Assembly (NCBI GenBank): GCA_015680685.1
Contig: MNCI01000268.1
Location: 28,424-92,423, forward strand
Length of the DNA stretch: 64,000 bases
Direction: 5' to 3'
Source of the DNA: Gnetum montanum
Taxonomy: Eukaryota > Plantae > Gnetophyta
Part shown: positions 51,190-64,000 of the stretch, piece by piece
Numbering within the stretch: the stretch's first letter is position 1
Layout of the letters: every line of letters starts with the position of its first letter
Position numbers and translations under genes: made by a program
Notes under the pieces: model-generated
What the model saw: the letters and a program-made list of their open reading frames with translations, nothing else
Database searches by the model: none
Told to the model about the DNA's origin: nothing

Positions 51190-54100
51190 GTAAATATGAC
51201 ACTTATGTGCATGGTCCAAATAAAAATTCATTCCAACGTTATCGAAACTCTTACAGTTTATTTTTGTAGCCTAGCGATATGCTGAATGCTCGTAGTGTGG
51301 TGTTGAGTAGTTGTTTAGAATCTTTATTTGAGTGAAGTGTACTTGGGCATAATTCATGACAGAAATAAAGATTGAGATTGCTTTTCATCATTGCAACATC
51401 CACTTAGCTTTACTATTTTAATTAGCATAATTCTTGCTATTTTCTTAGTTTAATTAGTTACATTTCTAAATACTTTACTTTCCTTGTTCATTAGTAAGAC
51501 GAAATGAGTACAATTGGTTTCGAGTGTGATCATTTGGTAACTCAGTAGTGGTTTTGCTTGATTTTCTTACTAGTGAATTCACTTGGTAATCCTAGTAATG
51601 GTTACACGAGCTCAAGGCATGAACAACAAGCCAGGAATAGATACTTATTGCTCTAAGGTAGATTAGATTTATTTACCATTTTCCTTAAACTCAAAATCAT
51701 TTTCATACTTTATCATCATAGCTAGGAGTTATGGCCTACCAACGTGAACCTATCATATACCTTACTAAGAGCTAAATCATACACATTAATTATACTAGCT
51801 CCATGTGGGAAGACAACAATTTTAAACTTTAACTAGTTACTAGTATAATCACATTGCCTCATCCACGAATTATGATTGGACTATGCGTGAACACTCATAT
51901 GTTATATGGTTGGGTGTTGGATTACTCCACTACTCATCACTAGCACTGTTGCCAGGGATAAGTCAATGTATGATTATTAATTTATTTCACAAAGTTCATT
52001 GTACTTGAAACAAAAAGTTAAATTTTATTATTCTAAGAAAAGCACACCTAAAATAAACATCTAAAAAAATATATAACATGGCTTCAAATAAGAACACTAC
52101 ATAACCTACTAAGGAACCATAGAGAAGCAATGATAGAATCGAAGAAGAAGAAGACCAAAGTATGTTGATGTAGACAAGGATATCATATGCTCATTGTGAG
52201 CCTTACTATTTTGACTTCACATTCATATTTCATCAGGATAGGCAACTCTGGTGGAGGGATCTACAAGGGAACATTGTTCTACCATTGAAATTTTTAGCAC
52301 CCCTTATGCTCCAAACTACTCTCAAGGGGATGAAACTAAGTGAAGCAATTGAAGGGTATGATGAAATCAAATACATGACATGACCATATGAACCAACTGA
52401 TGAGTAGTTAAGGAAGGACCATGCCATGGAGGTAAGACATGAACAAGACAAAGGAAAGATAGTTAATTCTACTATTATCTTGGAGGAGCTTGATGGAGAT
52501 GCATTCATTGTTGAACAACTCCACCATAATCCTGAGTTCTAGTCATAGACACCTATCATTTGACTAGATGAACCTTTCAAGAATAAATCACACTCTAAAC
52601 TAGCAAAGATGCTATGGCAGGAGGCAAAATATTCAAGGCACAAGTAGGACTCAAGGTCAAGGGTTCCTAGTAGGTCTCATAGAGAAGAACATAAGAGTCA
52701 TCATAGGAGGACAAGCCAACATCATTATCCTACTACCTCATCTATGTCCTCATAATCATCCGAAGACTTTGATAGAAGTCAACAGTAAAAGGACCATGAT
52801 AGGGAAGAGGAGAACTCATGATTGCCTTGATAATCATGATTGTTACTTGGGACATTTTGATTTAGAAGATGAATAATATGTGTAGTGTAGATGAAGGGAT
52901 CATAGAAATCAGGAAATGAATGAGCACAAAAGGGGGGGTACTACTACAACAAAGTGCACTAACCTGATCAAGATGATGAACCCCTAATGGCAACTCCTAG
53001 CATGATCAACATACAAGAAGCTGTTCACATCCTAACCAGGCATGTGAGAATTAGTCGAATCAAGCGGCTCAACATGAACAACATGTTAAGATTTGAAGGT
53101 GGCTATAATGCTGATCCATAACACCACCTTCAAGCTTTCCATGATGCTTGCATTCTACAAAACATCAAAAGTGATTGGAAAAATTTAAACCTATTTCCTA
53201 GAACACTTGTGAAGAAGGCAGAGAGCTGGTATAGTTCACTAGAACTTGAATTAATTAAACACTAGATTACCATGCTCGAACTCTTCAACAATAAAATATC
53301 AAACTTATTCATGAGTGTCCAACATAAGCAAACAAATCTAGGGATGGAAGCATGGAACTCATGAGATTGTTGATGTAGCAATGGGAAGATACTATTCATT
53401 GTTGCAAAGATGCCCAAGCCATAGATTTTCACCAAGGAAACAACTTGGGCATATTGTAGATGGGTTGCAGAGTAAAAGCATAGAGACTCTTTGGGTTTAT
53501 GCTCAAGGCAGATTATTAGAAATGACTACCCATTGCATCCAAAGGCTAATTAACTAAGTGAAAAGAGAGGAAGATGAGCTAAGAAAGAGGGAATCAACTA
53601 AGGAGTATAATAGAGATTTGTCAATTAAAAAGAGAGATGCACAAGTCTATGATACATAAGAAAAGAAAACCTTGGATTAGGTCATCCAAAAGACTCTATG
53701 GATCTAGAAATCTATAAATGACATTGCAACTAAAGTAGAGAAAATGTGAGGTTCTGTTGATGAAAAATTTGCAACTACATTAAAGATTATGGAGGAAAGA
53801 ACCAAGCAAACCTTTGAAAAAGGCAAAGACTAGAGTAAGAAGAAAGAATCTAGATGAAAAGGCAAAGTTTCTTTAGTGGCCATGTGCTCAAACACTAGCT
53901 CCATAGATGAGGAAGGTTGCATTGTGTGTCAGTACAAAAATCCCAAGGGATGGTGTCCAATCATGACACATCTAAAAGAGACAGAGGCATTTACACTTAA
54001 CCCTAGATTTGTTAAAAAATAGATGCCAAAAAAGCTACCTCATCATCAAGGTAACTATCGAAAGAACCTCCAACTAATGTACTATCCTAGTGGAGGTTTT

Positions 54101-57100
54101 CTATAGTCACAAGAGCACTATTATTAGTAGTGGCAATAACCTCAATCATGGGATATGCCACCACCTCATCAACAATATTCATACAGATAGCCAAATCTGT
54201 ATGGATATTTCATCCAACATCTAGTATTACTTGGTAATGTAGCTATTTAGACCCCACAATACTACCTAGAAAAATACCACAAATCAATGCTACTAAGGAC
54301 TGATCGAAACTTATATGTGCATCCACCAATAGCTGATCAATCTAATCAACACCTAAATTCTCTACCACTAGTACCACCTCCTATTATGCAAGGGGAATTT
54401 TTGTCACAACCATAGCAAAAGAATGCTACTAGGGCAGTTAATATGCATGAGGAGATCATTACTTATGAGTCTCAACCTAGGAAACGATCGTTCTTTAGAA
54501 CAAATCCAGAAAAGACTCAACAGATGGGGAACATGTCTACTTCCATCTCATCTACATTGAATCCTTCTTAATACAATAAGATTTCAACTTCATTAAGTTC
54601 AAATATCATAATTATGATGCTTACTTAGACAATAACTCATTGGATTAAGGTAGGGACTCTTCCATAGAAGAGAATTGATCCAAGAAGTCCCTTATTTTAT
54701 CTTCAAATACTAGGACAAGAACCATGCAAAGCTCTATTGGATTCTAGGTCAGGTGTGAACCTAATATCTTAAGACATGTATAAGGCCTAAAATCTTCCAC
54801 CAGTAAAGAAAAGTAACATTCGATTAGAGCTCATGGACTAGTCAATCATAATTCCACTTGGACTAGTGGATGATGTGATTACTACCATTAGTGGTTAGTC
54901 TTACCCTATTGATTTCTTTAGTTATTCATGTGGGGGAAAATAAGGGAGAATTTCCAGTTATCATGGGAAGAGCTTGGCTTAGCACTATGGATGCTAAACT
55001 TGGAATTTGTAATTTTTCCTTGGAATTTTCCAAGGAAGATGAAGCCAAAATCATATAGAGATGAAGAGTTCCATGTATTGCATACGGTAATAGCAAGTGC
55101 AATTGTGTGCAAAGAATCTAAGCTATCAAACAAGAGGATACCAAGGCATGTAATAGATGTGTAGAAACAAGTTGTGTGCAAAATTATCTATATGCAGTAG
55201 CCACCCAACAAGAAGGCACCCAATGGCTGATTGCAAGTGAAGAAACTTAATCTAACAAGTACATGGAGTTGGAAGAATAAATCATTACTACCTGCATTGT
55301 AGAAACTGATAAGTTAGAATAGCTAAGGAAAGGACACTCCTACCCTCAAATCAATTAGGAAGAAGAAACAGACTAGGGCACCTAGAGATTCAAGACACAA
55401 TGGAACTAGAGCTACTTGAATTGAAGGTCCTACTGACAACATTAGAATATGGATATTTCAATAACAACAAGCCAGTAATTATCAACATCAACCTAGGAAA
55501 AGAATAAGAAAGAAAATTATTGGAACTGCTTAATAGATGGCCCACAACATTCGTGTGGTCTTATGATGAGATCATGGGAGTTGATCAATGAATTTCTGAA
55601 CATTGGATCTATATTGATCCTTTAGTCAAACCATGATGCCAACCTCAATGAGGGATCAATCCTAAAATAAAGGAGATAGTTAAGTAAGAATTGGAGAAAT
55701 TACTAAAGGCAAGATTCATCTATCATATTACAAATAGTAAATGGATCAATCATTTAGTGATTGTTCTAAAGAAGGAAGGTAAATGGCACATCTGCATTGG
55801 CTTTTGGATGTTGAACTCTATTACATTGAAGGATCACTTTCCTTTGCCATTTTTTAATCAAGCCTTGAACACTATTTCAAGACATGAGTATTATAGTTTT
55901 TTAGATGGATATAGTGGATACAATTAGATCCACATTACACCTGAAGACTAGGAGAAAACAACGTTTGCCAATCCATGGGAAACATTTGCTTATAGATAGA
56001 TGCCCTTTGGTCTTTGCATTGCACCAACAACCTTCTAGAGACCAATATTAAGTATCTTATAGAAGTAGATAGGCTTTGGCATTAAAATATTTATCGATGA
56101 TTTTTCAACGTATGGGCTAGATTTCAAACAGGCACCTGACTGGTTGGAGCAGGTACTTAAGAGATGTGTTGAAACCAATCTGAAGCTCAACTGGTAGAAG
56201 AGCCATCTTATGGGCTAGGAAGGAATGTTTTTGGAACATAAAGTCTCCTAGAAGGATATTGAGGTATATTCCAAAAATATTAGAGTCATTCAAAATATCA
56301 TTCAATGACCACAGACAATGAAAGATGTAAGATCTTTTTAGGTCATACGGCATACTATAGGAGATTTATCAAAAAAATTTCAAAGATAGCCAAATTTCTT
56401 GTAAAAATAATGAAGAAGGATTTACCCTTCGAGTAGACTAAGTTATGTGAAAGGGCATTTGAAGATTTGAAGTAGAAATTAGTAGACACACCAATCCTCT
56501 AAGCTCCAGATTGATCAAGACATTTTCATATCATGACTGATGCTTCTAACTATGCACTTGGTGTAGTATTGACACAACTTGATGATCAAAAAACACCATA
56601 CTACATACACTATGCCATTAGGAGCATCACTAGAGCACAATTAAATTACATCACAATTGAAAATGTGTTGATGGCTATGGTGTATGTGCTTGAAAAGTTT
56701 AGGCATTATGTGCTCAGTTACCAAATCTATGTCCACATTAACTATATTGGCATCCGATTTCTGATGAATAAGCTATCGGTTAGTCCTAGAGTGATAAGAT
56801 GGCTTGTGATTCTTTAAGAGTTTGACATCATGATGATTGATTAAAAAGGAATAGAAAATGTAGTAGCTAATCATCTATTAAGGTTGAAATGGGATTTAGA
56901 CAATCGAATGAAACCTTTATTAGACCAATTTCCCGATGAGGATCTATTTACTAAAATAGTAAAGGGTGTAGATTTAACATGGAAGCCATGGACTGCAAAG
57001 TACTTAACTTAATTAACCACACAAGAGCTTCTTGTTGAATGGAGTAGAAAAAAATGTGAGCAATTCCTTCACAAAGCAAAATGATACGTGGAAATCAACG

Positions 57101-59263
57101 GAAATATGTACAAGATTTGCATAGATGGGCTCATTAGATGGTGTGTGTCAGAATGTGAGCAATAAAGACTTTTATAGGACATTCATGAAGGTCCATGTGG
57201 TGGCCAATATGTAGGGCATAATATGGCACTCAAATTATTGATGGCAGGCTACTTTTGGCCTGCTTTATTCAGAGATGCCCACATTTTCACACAAGCTTGT
57301 GAATGCTACCAAAGAGATGGAGAAATTATAACTAGATATGAAGGGCCACAACACTAGATACAACCACTAGAACCTTTTGATATCTAGTGAATTGATTTTA
57401 TGGGACCCATTCAATCAATGTTAAATAGAAAAGTGTATATTATTGTGATTGTGGATTACTGCACAAAGTGGGCTAAGGCAGTAGCAGTAAAAGACTACAT
57501 AGCAAAGACAACTACTAAACTTTTTCAACAATACATAGTGAAAAAAATTGGAGTAGCAAGAATCCTAATATTAGATAATAGAACTCAATTGACTAGTTCC
57601 ACATTTAATAAGCTCATGCAACAACTTGGGGTGAACCATAAACTAACAACACCATATCATCCCAAAGCAAATGTTCAAGCTGAAGTCACTAACCATGAAA
57701 TTATTAGAATACTTACTAGGATGATTAGTAGTTTTAGAAGGGATTGGAGTACTAAATTAAATGATGTTGCATGGACCCTTAGGACATCTTAGAAACTACC
57801 TATAGGATACACAACATACAAGTTAGTCTATGGTGCCCATGCTTCCAATCTAGGCAAAGCCTCATACTTTAGCTACTACTAGTGAACTTGACCTTAATAT
57901 GAGCTGAGCCCAAAAGGAATGTTTAATGAACCTAAATCTTTTAGATGAGAATCAGTTGGTAGCACTTATGAGTAGTGAAGTTCATAAGCATTACTCCAAA
58001 CTTAGGCACGATACATGGATCAGGAATGTAACCATATAATCAAGTGACAATGTCCTTTATTATAATCCTAGTCATTTACCCGAAAAAGCTAAATTTTAGA
58101 TACTTTGGAAGGGACCATGCATTATGCAAGCCACTTATCCATCTAGTGCCTTACCTATCCACCACCCATCCTTTCCACATAAGCTTATCCTTGTCAATAT
58201 TCAAGAAGTTAAACCATATTACAAATATTCCAAGGAGTTTACCCAACCTACCCACTAGTCTTTTACTTGTTCTATTTTCTATTTACCTGATCTTAATAAT
58301 AGTAATGGGGGTGTCAATTTAAAGTCATTGGTACCTTATTGAATTTTTTATTTTCTTTTCATTTTTCACATTCTTTAATACTTTTCATTTCTTAAATTTT
58401 TAACATTCTTTGATGTATTTTTGAATCTTTGACATTTTCCGTTCTTTTAACATTTTTCATTCTTTACACCTTTTCACAATTCTTACTATCTTTTTCATCT
58501 TTTCATACTTTGTTTTCAAATCCTTTGTAAATAATTTTAATTACTAATAAGATGCATTATGAATAAAGGCAAGATGTAGTCCAATAAGGTGAAGATTTCT
58601 CCATGTTATCACTTCATAAGAGATTGATTATTTGAATAGTGAGCCCATGCCATCCATTCACCCATTCCATTAATAAGAAGTTCTTACCATAATCATAATG
58701 ATATTCTTTTAAACCATACAACTAAGAATAAAATTGTGATCATTATGCTTGGATAGAAGAGTGAAAAACCAAGAGGGAATGTAAAGGGTATGACATCAAG
58801 GGGTTTTCTAGATTCTTTTGGGTTACTTTTGTGAGTTCTATCATGTTGCAAAGGTTGCATTATATCCTTTTAGATCTAATGAAAAATGGAAGTAAGAGTA
58901 AAAGAAGTGTTACCTTAAAAGGTTGACATAGATAAAAGTAAAAGAGCATAGAATAAATTTCTGGGGGCTCCATTGGAAGGACATGTTGCCCATGTCTGAA
59001 GGTAGGAAACTTCTTAAAAATCTAAAAATAAAACAAAGTTCCATGGATAAACTCCTTCCTTGGACAATATGCCAAGTTAAAATACTCCTTGCACATTGAT
59101 AGTCTTACAATTGTAATTCCAAGAGATGAAACGATGTGATGTCATTGAAATTTCGTCTGGACTTGGTTTGAATCTTGGACCAAAAGACTAGCGATTACTC
59201 TAACCACTAATAAAATACAAGAATCCATTATGCCTATGGTAAGATACCTCATGTCCCAATTTC
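51190..59263 (+). mobile_element. Element C: old, heavily mutated Athila-like Ty3/Gypsy element (5' boundary uncertain, 3' end runs into the gap)
   Basis: LTR end CTCATCA (51939) followed by PBS TAGCACTGTTGCCAGGGA (51941-51958, like Athila TGGCGCCGTTGCCGGGGA). Gag LNLFPRTLVKKAESWY (~53190), PR ALLDSRSGVNLI (~54730), RT FLDGYSGYN/FIDDF, RH MTDASNYALGVVL, INT TTPYHPKANVQAE. No aRH. Confidence 0.85.
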
Positions 59264-60197
59264 NNNNNNNNNNNNNNNNNNNNNNNNNNNNNNNNNNNNN
59301 NNNNNNNNNNNNNNNNNNNNNNNNNNNNNNNNNNNNNNNNNNNNNNNNNNNNNNNNNNNNNNNNNNNNNNNNNNNNNNNNNNNNNNNNNNNNNNNNNNNN
59401 NNNNNNNNNNNNNNNNNNNNNNNNNNNNNNNNNNNNNNNNNNNNNNNNNNNNNNNNNNNNNNNNNNNNNNNNNNNNNNNNNNNNNNNNNNNNNNNNNNNN
59501 NNNNNNNNNNNNNNNNNNNNNNNNNNNNNNNNNNNNNNNNNNNNNNNNNNNNNNNNNNNNNNNNNNNNNNNNNNNNNNNNNNNNNNNNNNNNNNNNNNNN
59601 NNNNNNNNNNNNNNNNNNNNNNNNNNNNNNNNNNNNNNNNNNNNNNNNNNNNNNNNNNNNNNNNNNNNNNNNNNNNNNNNNNNNNNNNNNNNNNNNNNNN
59701 NNNNNNNNNNNNNNNNNNNNNNNNNNNNNNNNNNNNNNNNNNNNNNNNNNNNNNNNNNNNNNNNNNNNNNNNNNNNNNNNNNNNNNNNNNNNNNNNNNNN
59801 NNNNNNNNNNNNNNNNNNNNNNNNNNNNNNNNNNNNNNNNNNNNNNNNNNNNNNNNNNNNNNNNNNNNNNNNNNNNNNNNNNNNNNNNNNNNNNNNNNNN
59901 NNNNNNNNNNNNNNNNNNNNNNNNNNNNNNNNNNNNNNNNNNNNNNNNNNNNNNNNNNNNNNNNNNNNNNNNNNNNNNNNNNNNNNNNNNNNNNNNNNNN
60001 NNNNNNNNNNNNNNNNNNNNNNNNNNNNNNNNNNNNNNNNNNNNNNNNNNNNNNNNNNNNNNNNNNNNNNNNNNNNNNNNNNNNNNNNNNNNNNNNNNNN
60101 NNNNNNNNNNNNNNNNNNNNNNNNNNNNNNNNNNNNNNNNNNNNNNNNNNNNNNNNNNNNNNNNNNNNNNNNNNNNNNNNNNNNNNNNNNNNNNNNN
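59264..60197. other. Assembly gap (N run)
   Basis: Run of N. Confidence 0.99.
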
Positions 60198-63100
60198 TAG
60201 CGCTTGGTAACCCAGCAATGGATACATGGGTTTAGGACATGTATGGAAAGTGGGACTAGATACTTATGTTAGGATTAGCTAGAGGCCAGTAGGTTAGTTA
60301 CATTGAATTAGCCATTAAATTACCTTGTCTTTATCTCTATTCAAGCACCAAGACTATAAAACATAAAACTATAAAAATCATATGTCTCAATTACACTTAA
60401 CCAAAAAATGTGCTTCACAAGTGTAATTGGAAAGACAATGAAGAACCTTAGGGCAAGGTTCACTGTCTAGAAGAGCAGCGCACTAGAAACTATAAAGTCT
60501 ATAGAATTTGACCAAATCGTGTATGAATGCTCTGTGATTTGTATGGTTGGATGTAGGGGTACCTTATCGCTCATCATTGGCACTGTTGCTGGGGACTTTG
60601 TTTGTTGAAATGTGCACTATTTAGGTTTAGTGAATACCATTAATATCATTGTATGAACCTCAAGGTCAATATCATTCCCGTTATACATAGAATTATAAAA
60701 GCACACTCACATTTTATTTCATATTGCAAAATGTCTTCTTCTTCTCACAAGCATGAAGATGTCAAAGCATTGGTTTCATAGGAGTGAAAAGTGGTATATA
60801 CTCATCCAGATGTGTATGTATAAGATTTTGCCTTCATCCTACATTAGGAATATGTTGTGAATGGTTATGAAACTCGAGACTACCGTCCCACTGAAACACA
60901 ATGTAATCAAGATCGACATCAGGAGAAGCACCATGAGGCTACAAAGGGAAAACATTTCACTAATCCCTGGTTCCTACTAGATCAAGATGATAATGAGGAT
61001 CCTTCCTTTGAAGGTTCTCAACATGAAGATTCTCCACCCCCTATTATTGGTAATGAGGATGTGACCCTAAACCTACAATCCACTATTCATAAACCAAGTT
61101 TAGGAAAGAGTGATAGTTAAGGTAAGGACTTGGGCAAACATCACAATAGCAATGGATTTAAGGAGGATGGTCGTAATGAGCAGAATCATGGTGGTGGACA
61201 CCACGGTGGTGGTGGTGGTCCATCTTCTTCTTGATCCTCTTCATTTGATTATGAACATTCCTCTTCATTTGTAGGTTCTCATAGAAGCCACCTTAAAAAT
61301 AATTATGATGATGGTGATCAATGAGACAAAAATGACTATCAAGGCCATTAAGAATGCAAAGGTGGCAGGAACCATCATTGACACAATCATGATGAGGAAC
61401 CTCTGTTGGGGACTAGAAGTATGCTTAACATCGCAAAGGTAAGAATTCCAACTAGGCATATGAAAGATAGTCAGATCAAGTGCTTAGATATGAATAATAT
61501 CCAAAAATTTTAGGGGGGAGATAACTCTTATCCACATACATATCTATAAGCTTTCAATGATGTTTGTGCTTTACAAAACATTGAAAATGAATGGTAGAAA
61601 CTCAAGCTCTTCCCTTGGACACTCATCAAGGAGGCTAAAAGCTAGTACTGGTCCTTAGAGCTAGAATCTATTCTCAAATGGAGTACCATGTTGGAGTTAT
61701 TCAACGATAAATATCAAATATACTCTAGAGTGTCTAATCTAAGGAGGTAAATCCAAGGATGGAAACAAGGAATACATGAACCCTTGGATGCCACTATGGG
61801 TAGATATTATTCACTCTTACACTGATGCCTTGGCCATGGTTATTCTTAGAGGGAACAACTTCACCACATGATAGATTGGCTTAGAGCATAAACTAGAAGA
61901 ACTCATGGGGTGTATGCCCAAGGGAGATTATCTGAACTAAGAGCTCATCAGATCCAAAGGCTAATAGAGTAGGTAGAAAAAGAAGAAGATGAGTTGTGAA
62001 AAAGGAAAAGTGTGAAAGAGTATAATAAGGATCCTTCCATTAGGAAATGAGAGGTCCAATTTTGTGATGAGGAGTCACCACTTGATGAAGTGGTGAACAA
62101 AAAGACCTTGCCCATCGAAAAATATATTTATGATATTTTGACAAAGGTTGATAAATTATGGGACTCTTTGAATGAAAAATTTCAAACTACTATGAATATT
62201 ACTAAAGAATCCAAAGAGAAAAATAGTGATTGTAATCGTAGGAGATGAAAAAAAGTTGAACGTGTCTATCAAAGAGGCAAGGGCAAAGCTGCCACTATAG
62301 AGAAAGTTATGAAGATAGACTTTGAAGATGATTCTAGTTTTGTCAATATGAACATCCAAAGGGATGTTGCCCTATGGTATCACACTTACAAGACTTTGGC
62401 GTGTATGCATTGAATCCTTAACTAGCACGTAGGCAAGCATCTAGATGATTACCTTATCCTCAAGGAAATCCAAGACAGTTCCATCAACAACAACAAGCTT
62501 ACTACCCAAGTGGAGCTCCACCACAATCATATGGATAATACCCGTAGTGGCACCAACCACAATTGCTAGACATGAGCCATGTAGAGCTCTTCTTGATTCT
62601 GGTTTTGGTGTCAACCTCATTTCCCATGAAATGTACAAAGCCTGGAACTTACTAGCTCTCAAGAGAAGCAACATTTGTTTAGAATTGATAGAATAGTCAA
62701 TTACCATCCCTCTAGGGTTAGTAGAAGACATTATGACCATGGTTTATGGGTGGTCATATCCTACCAATTTTCTGGTGATCAAGGTTGAGAATTGCAAAGG
62801 TGAATTTCCCATCATTATGGGAAGAGCTTGGTTAAGCACAGTTGATGCACAAATGGGTATAAGGAACCTCTCCTTGAAAATATCCAAGGAAAATGAATTT
62901 GGATGGTTGGAGAACAAGTGTATTCCATGCATTACGTACAATGATAATGGGTGCAATTATGTGCAAAAGATTTGATCCATCAAAACTACATACATTAAAG
63001 CATGCAATTAGTGTGCATAAGAAATAGATATTCAATGGTATTTGTATGTAGCAACGACAAAATAGGAAGGCACCCAGTGGCTAACAGCTGATTTAGAAAG

Positions 63101-63799
63101 TAGCACATTATGCATGGAACCAACTGAAAGCCTAACATATGCTTATGTTGAAAGCATGGATGAACTTGAACAAGTTCATCACCAACTCTCTGATGATGAA
63201 AATGATGATACACATTGGGGAGAGTTGGAAATCCTTGATAACTTCAAGTAGGAGCCCCTAGAATTGAAAACTCTACTAATTGGCATCGAGTATGCATTCT
63301 AAAACAATGGTAAGTCAATCATAATCAATGCCAAACTTACTCTTGAACCAAAAGAAAGGCTGTTAGAGGTGATTAACAAATAGCCAACAACCTTTGCTTG
63401 GTCATATCCCAAGCTAACTGCAATTGATTTATGGATATGCCAGCATCACATCTACACCAACCTGACCATGAAGCCAAGAAGGTAGCTACAGAGACAACTA
63501 AACCTCAAATTGAAGTACATCATCAATGAAATAGAGCAACTCCTCAAGGTAGGGTTTATCTATCCTATCATAGATAGTAAGTGGGTTAGCCCACTCTTAA
63601 TCATGCCAAAGAAAGATGGTAAGTCGTGGGTCTATGTCAACTTTAGGCTATTGAACATGGAAAAATTTAAAAATCATTTTTCATTTCCATTTGTAAACTA
63701 AGTGTTAGAAACTATCTCTAGGAATTGCTATTATAGCTTCTTGGATGGTTACAATGGCTATGACCAAATTCAAAATGCTCCAAAAGATTAGGCCAAGAC
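60198..63799 (+). mobile_element. Element D: second Athila-like element related to C (LTR end, PBS, gag, PR, RT start), truncated by a Tat LTR insertion
   Basis: LTR end CTCATCA (60576) followed by PBS TGGCACTGTTGCTGGGGA (60578-60595). Gag LKLFPWTLIKEAK, PR ALLDSGFGVNLI and IIMGRAWL, RT SKWVSPL and FLDGYNGY. Confidence 0.85.
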
Positions 63800-64000
63800 T
63801 GAAACACCATGAAATTTCAAGACCCTCATGCTTCAGCAGGGTCTTGGAATTTGGGCAAGGATATCCACAAGTGTAGCATCATGATGGGCTAATAAAATGG
63901 TATAGGAACTAAGGATAGACTGTGTAGTCAAACAAGTTTTCTATCTCCAGGGCTGACAGGCCTACTGGACTCTCCAGCCTGCCCAACTGGATAATTGACC
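63800..64000 (+). mobile_element. Start of a third Tat-type LTR inserted into the RT of element D
   Basis: The RT sequence breaks off and TGAAACACCATGAAATTTCAAG... begins, resembling the LTR starts of A (TGAAACACCATAAAAATTTCGAG) and B. Confidence 0.75.

Noticed and set aside
26628-51858. Treating the 336-bp direct repeats as LTRs of a virus-like retroelement
   Set aside because: The repeats are better explained as one split and one intact copy of an Athila-like LTR, whose PBS points away from the viral genes.
58240-59263. env-like ORF downstream of element C integrase
   Set aside because: No recognisable ORF is present. The region is degenerate and ends in a gap.

Overview
AT-rich, transposon-dense land-plant nuclear DNA with two assembly gaps (20225-21056, 59264-60197). 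One apparently intact host gene (5153-7042, +, 5 coding exons, about 360 aa) fuses two dsRNA-binding domains to a BMT5/DUF2431-type methyltransferase. The rest is a nest of retroelements. (1) A LINE remnant. (2) Two full-length, distantly related Ty3/Gypsy Tat-type LTR elements with an extra RNase H: A at 8445-26324 (-, TSD GTCAT) and B at 30752-49438 (+, TSD TAGAG). (3) An endogenous caulimovirid (MP-CP-AP-RT-RH, -) that inserted into an Athila-like LTR and was later split by element B. (4) Two degenerate Athila-like elements, C and D. (5) The start of a third Tat LTR at 63800. The most unusual observation is that both Tat elements carry, between protease and RT and in antisense, a homologous gene of about 8 exons. 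It encodes an FCP1/NIF-like HAD phosphatase fold with degenerate catalytic motifs, a plant-mobile-domain-like region, a coiled coil and an acidic tail. Both elements also carry strand-specific arrays of a covarying hexaloop hairpin (stem-YGNNAN-stem-AAACT) and dense TACGC motifs. All domain calls are by-eye motif recognition; no searches were run.
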